A stretch of DNA of 63,698 nt, counting the filler. It is 3 parts of 3 records of this genome, joined end to end, with 100 filler letters (N's around TTAATTAATTAA, not from the genome) between each part and the next. Parts side by side here need not be neighbours in the genome. Positions count along the whole stretch, not along the records: positions 1 to 19,579 come from SRR20825019_585; 2 more parts are not named here. One strand, written 5' to 3'. Position numbers and translations under genes: made by a program. The notes under the pieces were generated by a model. That model was given only the letters and a program-made list of their open reading frames with translations. It ran no database searches and was not told the DNA's origin. Of the stretch, positions 1 through 10,337 are shown one piece after another; positions within the stretch are counted from its first letter, which is position 1, and the number at the start of each line of letters is the position of its first letter.

Positions 1-31
<31 letters not shown>

Positions 32-385
32 TGGCTTGTGCTTGGCTGGGCGCCACCGTACTTCGACCAACATAGACAGATTCCAACCTTCCAGAAAAGG
101 CCTTGGTGGCGACAGGACGGTCCTGGCTCACTAGTGAACCGTACTATCGCGGCTGCCTGGGGACTCCGCGAGACCGCGTCGTCCCGGCTGATGCCTCTGG
201 GCCACCGGCTCATCACAGAGTGGCTGGCCTCATGTCCTCACGACCGTCGGAGAGGCTGACCAGGACGGCCGCCACTGCTGGCTCAGCGATCCCGGTTGAA
301 CGGGAACCGAGCACTCAAGGCGGTGAGCCCCTAGGGCCCGTGACTCAAAGGCGCCGGCGGCTGTGACTCCGGGCTGCCGAGTGAG

Positions 386-397
386 TTTCGCGCCAAA
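386..397. promoter_or_regulatory. E2F-type site TTTCGCGCCAAA inside a GC-rich island
   Basis: Exact match to the overlapping TTTSSCGC E2F element. It lies in the GC-rich non-coding stretch ~260-900. Target gene uncertain. Confidence 0.45.
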
Positions 398-1344
398 TCA
401 AATCGGAGAACTTGCGGGACCCGATCCGGCTCGAAGCCATCGTCAGCTCAACCGGACTCGCCCGGGCTGATGCCAATGATCATCGCAACAGCCCGGCCCT
501 GCCGCTACGGCATCACAGTAGAGCCCAGTGAATTGAAAGCCCGCTGACTGCCGACAACTCGGATCCTGATCCGGCGTGCCGCGGCCCGGCGTGCGTGTGA
601 GAGCGGCCCAGCCCGGTGCTGGGCGCTGCCGGCCCGGCCGCCACGCCGGCACGAAACTAACTTCACCATGTTTGTACCACTCAGATTTGGAGCACGTGGC
701 GGTCAGTTCTTGGCTCGCCACGCCGGCGGTCGTGGTTGCGGGGGCCGGCCGATCAGTATCCGGCCCCGAGCCTGAGTGGCGGCCGGCGGCGGCGCCGCCC
801 TGGCGCCGCCCGGGCCCGAGCGGCAGCCGCCGTAACTGCGGTAAGGATAGTGATCATGCACCCATCCGATGGTGACTCGACGGCCGCGAGTCTCATCAGG
901 GCCATCACCGAGTGGGCAGGTTTCTCAACACCAAGGCCGCCACTGCGGAAGCGCTGATGTTGACCGACGACCCATGAAGGGTAGCTAGCCTGCGGGCCCG
1001 GCCGTCGATCGACAGGAGTATTCAGGCCATTACTGATTACCTCACTTCGCAACATCAGCTCATGAAGGTTAGTTGTTGAACGCACGCCAACAACATGCAA
1101 GGTCTGCCCCCGAAACTGGGGCGGGCCGAATAGTACCCACTGCGCATCGCCTAAGCTTTCTGCTAGCACTATCGACCCTATCTTGTTTGGAAAGAGAAAC
1201 GTCATGATTTTGTTTGTACCCGATAGGTTGTCGACAATTCCTTGTTGGCGAAAGGTTGGTGATAAATAATTCGATGGATAACCAAGGGAGGAAGACGTGG
1301 GTAGCAGGTGGGAAGCGTAAGAGCTTCTTCTTCAAGGGGGCGCC

Positions 1345-3861
1345 ATGTTGGAACCGAGTATGATGGACCTCGGAGCCCTGTCGCGCTTCCGCACGGTACG
1401 CTGTCAACGAGGAGAAGGCTGCACCTATGGCCACCGTTGCCAGTTTTCTCACCACAAGTGGACGAGGAGAAATCCAGCCCACTATAAGTATAAGGCAGAT
1501 CTGTGCGCCAATGTTAAAGAACGTGAGGGAAGCAATGGAAAGACTAGATATGATAATAATTGTAAGCTGGAAAATGGGTGCCCTTATGCCCACAGCATTG
1601 AAGAACAACATTTTCACCCAGATAACTATAAGACCACGGAGTGTTCTGCTGACTATTCAGGAGACGGATGCCCTCGCGGCGAGTATTGCCCCTTCCTGCA
1701 TGTTGGAGAGAACCAACGAGAGATTCGTGATCGGTTGAGGGCAAGAGGCGGCGTAGAAGAAGACAAGCCAGTTCATCAGTGTGCTACAACCCCTGCCCCA
1801 GGAAGTGCGCAAACTGCGAACACAGCATCGGGAGGCCAAGCTGCGGAATCAAGTGGAGATATGGAGCCGTTTGTGATGGACATGGACTCGCTTTGTAGAT
1901 TTCGGACTGTTCAATGCAATAGGAACCCTTGTCACTTTGGAGAGCTCTGCAACTTTTCACACCATGAATATTGGCTACGCCGCAATCCTCTCAAGTTTTC
2001 TTACAAGGAGGAGATGTGCCAGAATGTGAAAGAAGCTATGACCTCTGATGGTCGTCAATATGACACAACTTGTAGGTTTGGCAAAAACTGCAGATACGCG
2101 CACAGCTTTGAAGAGCACATATATCACCCGTCTGTGTACAAAATGCAGCTTTGTGATTATACCAGAAAGGGGAAGACTTGTAAGCGTGGAGAAAATTGCC
2201 CGTATTACCATTTCGAAGAAGAGCACGCTCAAGCTGCAGAGAAGGAGAGGAGCATGCGCGCTTGTGATGGCAAGTCGGAATCCCTGCAAAAAAGATCTGC
2301 TAGTGGCAATGCAAAATCTGACAGCATCGATGCACAGGGCTCTGGGCAGGGTAGTGCACGGCCGTCGCCATCCCCCCCTGCCGTGGGAGAGCCACCCTTG
2401 ATTGTAGGCGGCGAGATGGATGGCACAGGGGTGACAGCCTCAACAGGTGGTATGTCATACGAAGCTCTGTGCAAATTCCGAACTGCCCGGTGCAACTATA
2501 CTCCTAATTGCGCTAACGGTGACAAGTGCGATTTCAGTCACTGTGTGTGGCTTCGCCGGAACCCGGCGAAGCTTCAGTATTCCGCGCAGCTCTGCCAAAA
2601 GTTGCGGGTGGTCGAAGGTGCCGGTGGTACTCATTATGAGAATACGTGCGCTGACGGCCGCTCCTGTGCGTTTGCCCATAGTCGGGAAGAGGTGCTCTAT
2701 CACCCAGACACATATAAGACGTCTGAATGCCGCGAGGACGCCGCTAACCCTGGCAATTGCCCTCGCGGGAGCAGGTGTGCTTATGTCCATCATGGCGAGG
2801 AAGTTAGGACACAGGGAACGAAGCCCGATGAAGGTGAAAAAGACGCTGCTACAGCAGGAAGCCGTGACGATGACTCTGCAGTAAGTGGTGGCGCGGAGTT
2901 GGACAACATTGGTATCGAAACTCTTTCGATAGATTATATCAACAACAACGAAGAAGATGATGAAGGGGCTCCCTTTCACGAACCATCATCATCACCTCCG
3001 GCATCATCTATTGGTGCGATAGGATCTGCTGCGCTTCCAATTCCTAATGCAGACAACGCAGGCACTGGTGCAGGCTTCTCCATATCATCGCTTGGTGACA
3101 GCATTATGTCGAATTCCTTTGGGGGTGGTAAATCTGTCGGTTTGATTGGGGCCTTAAGCCCCCTTCGCGGCAGTATGTTTGGAAACGTGAATTCCTCGTT
3201 GTTTGGAAATGCAGATTACGGTGGTGGTGACTTCAACGTGACGATGCCCTCTGCACAACAAGTGTCTGTGGACAATGGCTTGGGGCCACCATATGGAGTG
3301 CCAAGAAACCAAAGCTCGTTCAATGGTCAGGACTTCCAGCCCAAACCCAATCCACCGCGAGGTTCCTTCGACTCTGGGTCTCCATTCGAAAATACTGGGT
3401 TCGGTAGTCTCCCAGGCCCCGGAGAAAGTGCCTCTGCTGATATGTTGAGGTTGCGAGTGGAGCTTGATGATACCAAGCGGGCCCTACAAGACGCTCTTAA
3501 TCAGAAAGTAGAACAAGAGATGTCATTTAAGGTGGACGAGCAGAAACACCGGCACGAAATACAATACCTTTATCAGACTATCGAAGGTTTTGAGGGTCAA
3601 CTGCAAGACTTGAACAGGAAGCGACAGGACGATATTGAGGGCCTTCAGAATCAAATCAATCAATTGTGCGGCCATATTTACGCGGACATGGATCCAGAGC
3701 AACTTGATGCTTTAGAGCGTCAGTATTATACTGGGCTTCAGAGAATAGCTGAGATCAAGGGCCAGAGGCACCACCAGCAACAGCAGTTCAATGTTCCGCC
3801 GCATATGGCATTTCATCCTCCATCACATCCTCCGTCATTCCCCCCGCAATATCGCGGGTAG
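1345..3861 (+). CDS. Unkempt-like tandem CCCH zinc-finger RNA-binding protein (3 clusters x 3 fingers) with C-terminal coiled coil, intronless, 838 aa
   Basis: Three copies of FRTxxC..C..C..H / RRNP..Y...C..C..C.(Y/F)AH / EE..(Y/F)HP..YK...C..C.RG..C...H. A Ser/Gly low-complexity region and a coiled coil (LRLRVELDDTKRALQ...) follow. No RING seen. Confidence 0.85.
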   Translation: MLEPSMMDLGALSRFRTVRCQRGEGCTYGHRCQFSHHKWTRRNPAHYKYKADLCANVKEREGSNGKTRYDNNCKLENGCPYAHSIEEQHFHPDNYKTTECSADYSGDGCPRGEYCPFLHVGENQREIRDRLRARGGVEEDKPVHQCATTPAPGSAQTANTASGGQAAESSGDMEPFVMDMDSLCRFRTVQCNRNPCHFGELCNFSHHEYWLRRNPLKFSYKEEMCQNVKEAMTSDGRQYDTTCRFGKNCRYAHSFEEHIYHPSVYKMQLCDYTRKGKTCKRGENCPYYHFEEEHAQAAEKERSMRACDGKSESLQKRSASGNAKSDSIDAQGSGQGSARPSPSPPAVGEPPLIVGGEMDGTGVTASTGGMSYEALCKFRTARCNYTPNCANGDKCDFSHCVWLRRNPAKLQYSAQLCQKLRVVEGAGGTHYENTCADGRSCAFAHSREEVLYHPDTYKTSECREDAANPGNCPRGSRCAYVHHGEEVRTQGTKPDEGEKDAATAGSRDDDSAVSGGAELDNIGIETLSIDYINNNEEDDEGAPFHEPSSSPPASSIGAIGSAALPIPNADNAGTGAGFSISSLGDSIMSNSFGGGKSVGLIGALSPLRGSMFGNVNSSLFGNADYGGGDFNVTMPSAQQVSVDNGLGPPYGVPRNQSSFNGQDFQPKPNPPRGSFDSGSPFENTGFGSLPGPGESASADMLRLRVELDDTKRALQDALNQKVEQEMSFKVDEQKHRHEIQYLYQTIEGFEGQLQDLNRKRQDDIEGLQNQINQLCGHIYADMDPEQLDALERQYYTGLQRIAEIKGQRHHQQQQFNVPPHMAFHPPSHPPSFPPQYRG

Positions 3862-4013
3862 GAAATTTAACAGCACGGCTTTCTAACTGAAATTTCTCTT
3901 TTTAATTTACTAGTAGCGACAATCTAGATATCATTGTAGATAGTAGTCACGAGACTTGAGTATTCTAGGAGCAAAGTAGAAAAAATAAATATATATAGTA
4001 GACTGATTACCGA

Positions 4014-7000
4014 CTAGAACTTCTTCTTTGAAGGTTGTTTTCCGAACGTGAACGTCCCGAAAAGTGCGCTAGCAAGGTCAGAACTTTCTGCTTCTTGTTC
4101 TACTGTGCTTTCTTCGAAGTCATTTCCGGCTAGATCGAGATGTCGCAGTGCTGGGCATTCTTTCCGGACTTCAATAAATTCCTCCACCACTTCTCGAGAT
4201 ATTTTGTTGGATTGCAACTCAAGATGAACAATATTCTTGTTCTTTTTGAGAGCTTCCACAAACGCCAGTGCTCCTTCGTCCCGAACTCGACAGCCGCTCA
4301 GATTGAGCATCTTGATTCTTTCGTTTTCCTAAGTACCTGGGTTAGTGCACAATCAATCGCACCATCCATACATCTCAATCGTACCGCGACAGCATTTCCA
4401 ATTTCCACAGCACCATCACTGCCAATCTTGTTGTAGTACATATCTAACTCAGTTAGGGAACAGTTTTCCTTGAGAATCGCAGCCAATGCGAAGGCACCAT
4501 CCTCCTTGATCCCGATTTTCTGAATCTCCAAAGCACGCAAGGTGGCTGTCTCTTTGCGAAACACTTGATCCAAAAAGCGCTCGAACCCACGATCTCCCAA
4601 GAAATTGCCGTTAAGTTTCAGAGTCGTCAGATTTTCTCTTTCCTGAAAAATACAATCAGATTGGAACTGTGCAACACAGAATGGCCTCACATTCAACAAC
4701 TTAGAAACTGAATCCAAACCCCCCTCCGTCATCCCGCAGTTGCTTATATCGAGACAATGAAGAAACCGATTTTCCTGATTCACGTCAGCTTACATCACCC
4801 TGTCGCTCATGTGTGCAATACCTTCAAACCAAACGACAACGTATTGATACCCGAATCTCCTATGTGGTTGCCACTGATAGATAGCTTTCCAACATACTTG
4901 TTCTCCTAAACAATGGGCACGTTAACTTTCATTCCGTATCCTGTGACACGAGAACCAACCCTCAGAGATGACGCTAGCGCTGCTGCACCAGAAACGCCAA
5001 TCCCTTCACTCATGTCCGTGGGATCCTGGTAAATATTTAAATCGGTAATTGTCTCGTTGTGCTGCGAAATAGAATTAGATCAACGCAATGGGTATGCCAA
5101 CCTACATACTGATAGCATATTTCCAATCACAGTAACTTCTTCAGGACCAATGCGACAATTAGGTAAGCGTAGGCGCATTCCCTCCTTCACGATTTCTTCG
5201 TCGGAAACACGTTTGAAATGAGCGCAAACAGAGCACATAGCCCGAATAGAAGAATAAGCATCCTCCAACACCAATAGCTTCAAGAATTCATCCTTGCCTA
5301 GTTCTTCAATCGTTGCATCGTATTCATCTACAGGCGTCGATCCAGCAGCGGCTAAAAGAACTGAAACCAAACCATCTGTTGACAGAAATCCCCTCAGCAT
5401 AGAGATTACAGACGCAACACTGGCAGCGGACTCATTCATGCACCGTGAAAAGGGTCTATCACCAGGCGTGGAAAAATGCTTCTCCACAATCATGCCTGCA
5501 GATTGAATAGCATTCTGCAATGCGGTATGGGCGGTAGAGCCACGCACAAGCTCTTCGCTACCCTCCGATATGCTGACGCTGGGCATGCTAGCTTCGATTT
5601 CAGAGGCAATATGCGCTGCAGATAGATACTCTGCAAATACTCTAGACGAGAATCGGAAATTACAGATTCTCTCGTCTTCATTCTCAACAGTCTCCTCTTC
5701 AAGAGCCATCAGTAGAGGAAAATGCCCTCTCCTTACTGCAGACTCGAGCAGCGGCCACACAAGACCCTCCGTACAGGAAGAGTTAGTAGTTTCCAATGAA
5801 AGAGCTTCCTCGCCGCGAAATATGTCACCATCCATATGAAATATGTATCGGTGTGCGAGTAGCTGCAGAAAAGACTTCATGTCTCGAAGCATCTGGTCGT
5901 CAGAAGAGTCGAAGATATGGTCTCTTAGATGCCTCAAAAGGACCAGTAGACATTGATTGAACAATACACATCGATCCGAAGGTAGGTCCGCAGAATTATT
6001 TGTACGGTACACGCGGAGAAGAAGAAACAGAAGCTGGGGTGTCTCTGTCACTCTTGCGTAGTGTTCATCCTTCCGAATGGCAGAAAGGAAACGCTCTACA
6101 TCCGTAATATCTAGGAGCCTTGATAAAACTAACTGACTTCGAACACTCTGACTCAACTCGCGAATACCAAACCATTCCCATTGTGTTTCCCTACATAGAG
6201 AATCTAATAGCTCCCAATGCATGGGACGACTCATTAGAATCAGGTGCTGGCCTTCCATATGCAACATCTTGATCAACTCGACAACAGCATCAACAGCGTT
6301 CGGATTTAACTCGTCAAATCCATCCATGACGACAAGTAAATTCCCAGCTTTTCTCTGAATTGATATGAAATCTACATACATGGCCATTTTTTTCATCATA
6401 TATCGGGTCAACAGGTCTCCGTGGAGTTCAACGCTTTCGGAGTCTCGTCGTGTTTTCAAAGAGCGCACTAAATCTGGCAGAGCAATATGCAATGGCAGTC
6501 GATTAGTACTCACTTTTCCGTTCACAACTTGCTGACGCTTAAAGCAGGCATGCAAAAATATTTGCTCCGCCAAAACGGATTTTCCACTTCCAGCAGGTCC
6601 CAGTATCAACATGTGTCTAGTAGTTCTTTGGAGTTTGTCATCCAAATAGGAAAGACCGCTGACTACATCAGCAGAAAGCCAAGCGTTCGCAACGCCACCT
6701 AATTCTCTCCTATTCATCCGCCCGGATTTCCCCCCAACAATAGTATCCGGCACATTAGCATCAACTCGAAGGCCAACGCCAACCAAGAAGTCAGAAAAGG
6801 AGGTCACTACTTCTCTTCCATATTCCAGAAACTTTTCTCGAATATCAAAATCCATTGGGCTCATTTCAACAGCACAGGGCGTCTCCATAATGTTAATTCT
6901 TTGAGCCGATATAGGATCGACCATATCACTGTGCTCTAGCAAGGCATTTCTCATATATTGCATTTCTTGGTGTTCCATCTCAAATTTCATTTCCTCGCTT

Positions 7001-9489
7001 CTTGTTCGCTTCTTCAACGGGGCGGTGGGAGATTTTTCGTTGGTTTTCTGCTTGCTTGATGATGGCCTGGCTGCAACCACCTTCGGCGGGACCTCTTCCA
7101 TAGGTTCTAGCCGAGCCCATATGGCCAGGGTCCGTATGCGCACCGACGAGGCACCCACTAGACTGGAAACAGATTCCATCAGCAAGCTTGCGCTTCGGAT
7201 GGACGCCAAAATGACCGGACGGGGAGTGTTCTGATTGATTCCATGCAATATCTGCAACACATACAACAGCATATCGACATACCACTGCGCTGCTGCAGCT
7301 AGAAGATTGCCTGTGATTGTAGCATATCGTCTGACCCAAATTCTCAATAACACTATGCAGTCATATTGTAAAACAACCTTAGATGACACTTCCTTCGTTG
7401 GATCTAACTGAAGTACATCCCAAGGAGATTTTCCTGACAAAGACGCGTCCATTACTCGCGTCAGATCCGCCGCATCAGGATCACCTGGATCGGCAAGGCC
7501 AAGCTCAAGGAGCAAAGCGATCTCCATTCGCGCAAGATCGGTAAATATCGATGCATTGATTGAAGTGTTGTTACCTCCTACCATCCATACTGACATTTCT
7601 CCATCTACAATCACATTTACAGGACTCAGATTACCGTGTTGTACTCCGCTGAATACAGGAGCCAGCATCAACTTCTTGGATCCTTCGCTATCCAAACTCA
7701 AAAGGAAGGTTCCCACAACATTTGAAAAGTCATCCAAGCTCTTCTTGAAACCCCTGGCAAAGCAAAATTAGATAACTACATACACTAATATGGAACAACA
7801 AGTGTTTCCTTACTCATTGGTGTTCGAATCACTCCTTTGTTTCAAAGAGGCCAATGCACCATTTCCCAATTTTTTCAATCGCGCTAACCTTTCTTTTCCG
7901 CTGTCATGAGAAATGAAGTCGTTAGGCGAGGAGACTTTCCCGAACACCCGATTCATAACTTGAGTGATGTCATCAGGATGCCAGCGCATTCCATCTTTCT
8001 CAGCTGGAGCGTCCCTGACTTCGGTGTACATAGACGCAAGATCCGAAAACGGCACTATTGAGGTTACCTCAGGTGCCATTCGAGTAACAGAAGGAAGCTC
8101 CACAAGAGATGCCCCCCACATCACTCCTCCTGCATCAGGCACATCATCCACAACATCTTTCACGGACGGAATGCAGTCATCGCCCCACTGCTTCTGCAAA
8201 ATTTTCAATCCAACTATATCTCGCTTAATCTCTTTTGATAGAGCCACGCGAATAAAACCGGGTTCTTGATATCGGCCATTCCAATCTACCCCTCGTACTT
8301 GTAGACAAAAGGTCATTGGTTGATCACTTGGCAAGGATCGTATTAACGTTCTCACCCAACCTGATGTCAACTTTCTGACTACATCTCTTATAAAATTCAC
8401 CAAGTGTTTCTCCTCGAGCATCGTGACACCCCACTTGTCTACTTCACTGAAGTTTTGAATCAATTTACCTGAGGAGGATTGTTGTTTTGGAGGAGGAACC
8501 ACCCAGTCCCAGTAATGAAGTTGCATCTCCTCGTCCACGAGTGAAAACGGCACACATGGCAATCCTTCAGCACGAAAGGGTATGGTGTGAATAAGGTCAA
8601 ACGATGCCAAACAATCGGAAGGATCTTTTGGACTCAGCGAAGTACCTCGCCATTCGCATGTAGGAGCTACATTCTCACATCCTGTAGAGTGAATCGATGT
8701 GATATTCCTCCCGGGATACTTCAGGGTCGAACATGACATATCGTGTGCGACCTTCACCATTTCATCGTATGCACGGCCAAGCCTGATCGGATGGGCTTTG
8801 CTTAACTCAACAGCTGGCGTCCAATATCTCCTTTCACATTCAACATTCCCCCTTAATGTTACAGAATATGCCTCGCCCAAGATATGATGTGCGAACGAAG
8901 AGTCTATCTGACTCATCCACTCGTCACGGTGAACGTGAGCTCCCACGTAAAATCGTACTTTCATCATAAGTGGGCCTATCCTGTAAAACATATTGTTTTC
9001 TAAAATTTGTTCGTACACTTCCTTTCCAGGCTTTGACGATGTAAATGCGTCCGTCCAGTGCTCTTCACCAAGATTACCCTCTAGGTACATGGCAAACTCC
9101 TCATAGTCTCTTGGTCGAAAGTTGCAGAGAACGTACAGGTACTTTTCAAACCCATCCCTACTAAATCGAGTCAAGAAAACCTCTGTTTTGGATAGCCGCT
9201 GAAAGAGCTCGGGTACCGTTTCATCTTCTCGCAAGCCAACTACATTAGCTTTACCATAACCTTCTAGAAGGTCCGTCAAGGCCTCTTCATTTTCTGGTTC
9301 CGGCACAACTTCAGTCAAACTTAACCGGAGCACATGCACTTGCCACCTGCGAAGGTCTATTTTTGAAGCACCTTTTACCTGCAATACCATCGCCAACTCT
9401 CGAGCCTCTTTTGGGGCCATTTCCGCAATCGCAATGAACTCCTCCTCGAGAACTTGAGAGACAGAATCTCTTGCAGATAAGGCAGCCAT
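4014..9489 (-). CDS. NLR-like protein: unknown N-terminus + degenerate APH/TCAD9-like domain + NACHT NTPase + ribonuclease-inhibitor-type LRRs, 7 exons, ~1720 aa
   Basis: Walker A GPAGSGKS, Walker B LLVVMDGFDEL, sensor LMSRP and TPQLL; LRRs such as LKLNGNFLGDRG and LDMYYNKIGSDGA. GT-AG introns at 7754-7813, 5062-5109, 4906-4959, 4775-4821, 4643-4690 and 4329-4384 join the ORFs in frame (5163 nt spliced). The start codon is uncertain. Confidence 0.8.
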
Positions 9490-10337
9490 GGCCAAGGCCA
9501 CGGGAACCCCAGCAGTGGAACTGTTGGCAAGTATAGCCTATATGTCTTGATGGCTCGTTTCAACGCCAGATATACTGGTCGTCTGCCAAGGATTTGGTCA
9601 ACTTCCAAGCATAAAGCACGACTCACCACACCACACTGTGCCTTACCCAAGTCGACCGTGGGCACGGGTGCCACGCACGGAGGCCGGCGCGGCAGGCCGG
9701 TTCGTTCTATCCGGCCCGGCCACTGCTCAGCGTGAGTCGTGGCTGCCAGACTCTGCCTGCTTGAGATGTTGTGATTACTAAATCCGATGTTCTCCCCGAA
9801 ACAGAACAATACCTTCAAGACCACCCTCGACAACACGTTAAATCGAGATCGCAGTCCACTATTTCCTCAAATCTTATTGGCAGATCGACAACCCTAGTAT
9901 CCTGATTCCTTCGGCCCACGAGCTAGCCCGCAGTTGGCTGTCTCACTCATCGTTGGTTCTCCGCCGGCGAGCTGCCCCCTCCAAGACCCCGCAGCATCCA
10001 GCCATAGTGGTGGTCCACTGTTTTAGCAGTTGGGACCTTCCTTGCTCTCCTCTGGTTCTCCTCGTTGTGTCACGGAAGGCTTGAAGGGCTTTTGCCCAAC
10101 TTCTCGGCCGGCAGGATGGATGCTACGGTCAGTCAGCGGAAGGTAGAGAAGTGAGTCTCTAGCCGAGTAGGGGGACATAAATATCGGTGGGTGACCACTG
10201 ATTTCGTTCCCACTATCACCCATACCTGTCCTCGCACACTCACACCGCAGCTCACACCCACCACTCACACGAAACTGCTCACAACACCACACGCGATATG
10301 ACTATTGCATCACTCTAACACATCACACACATCAAAC

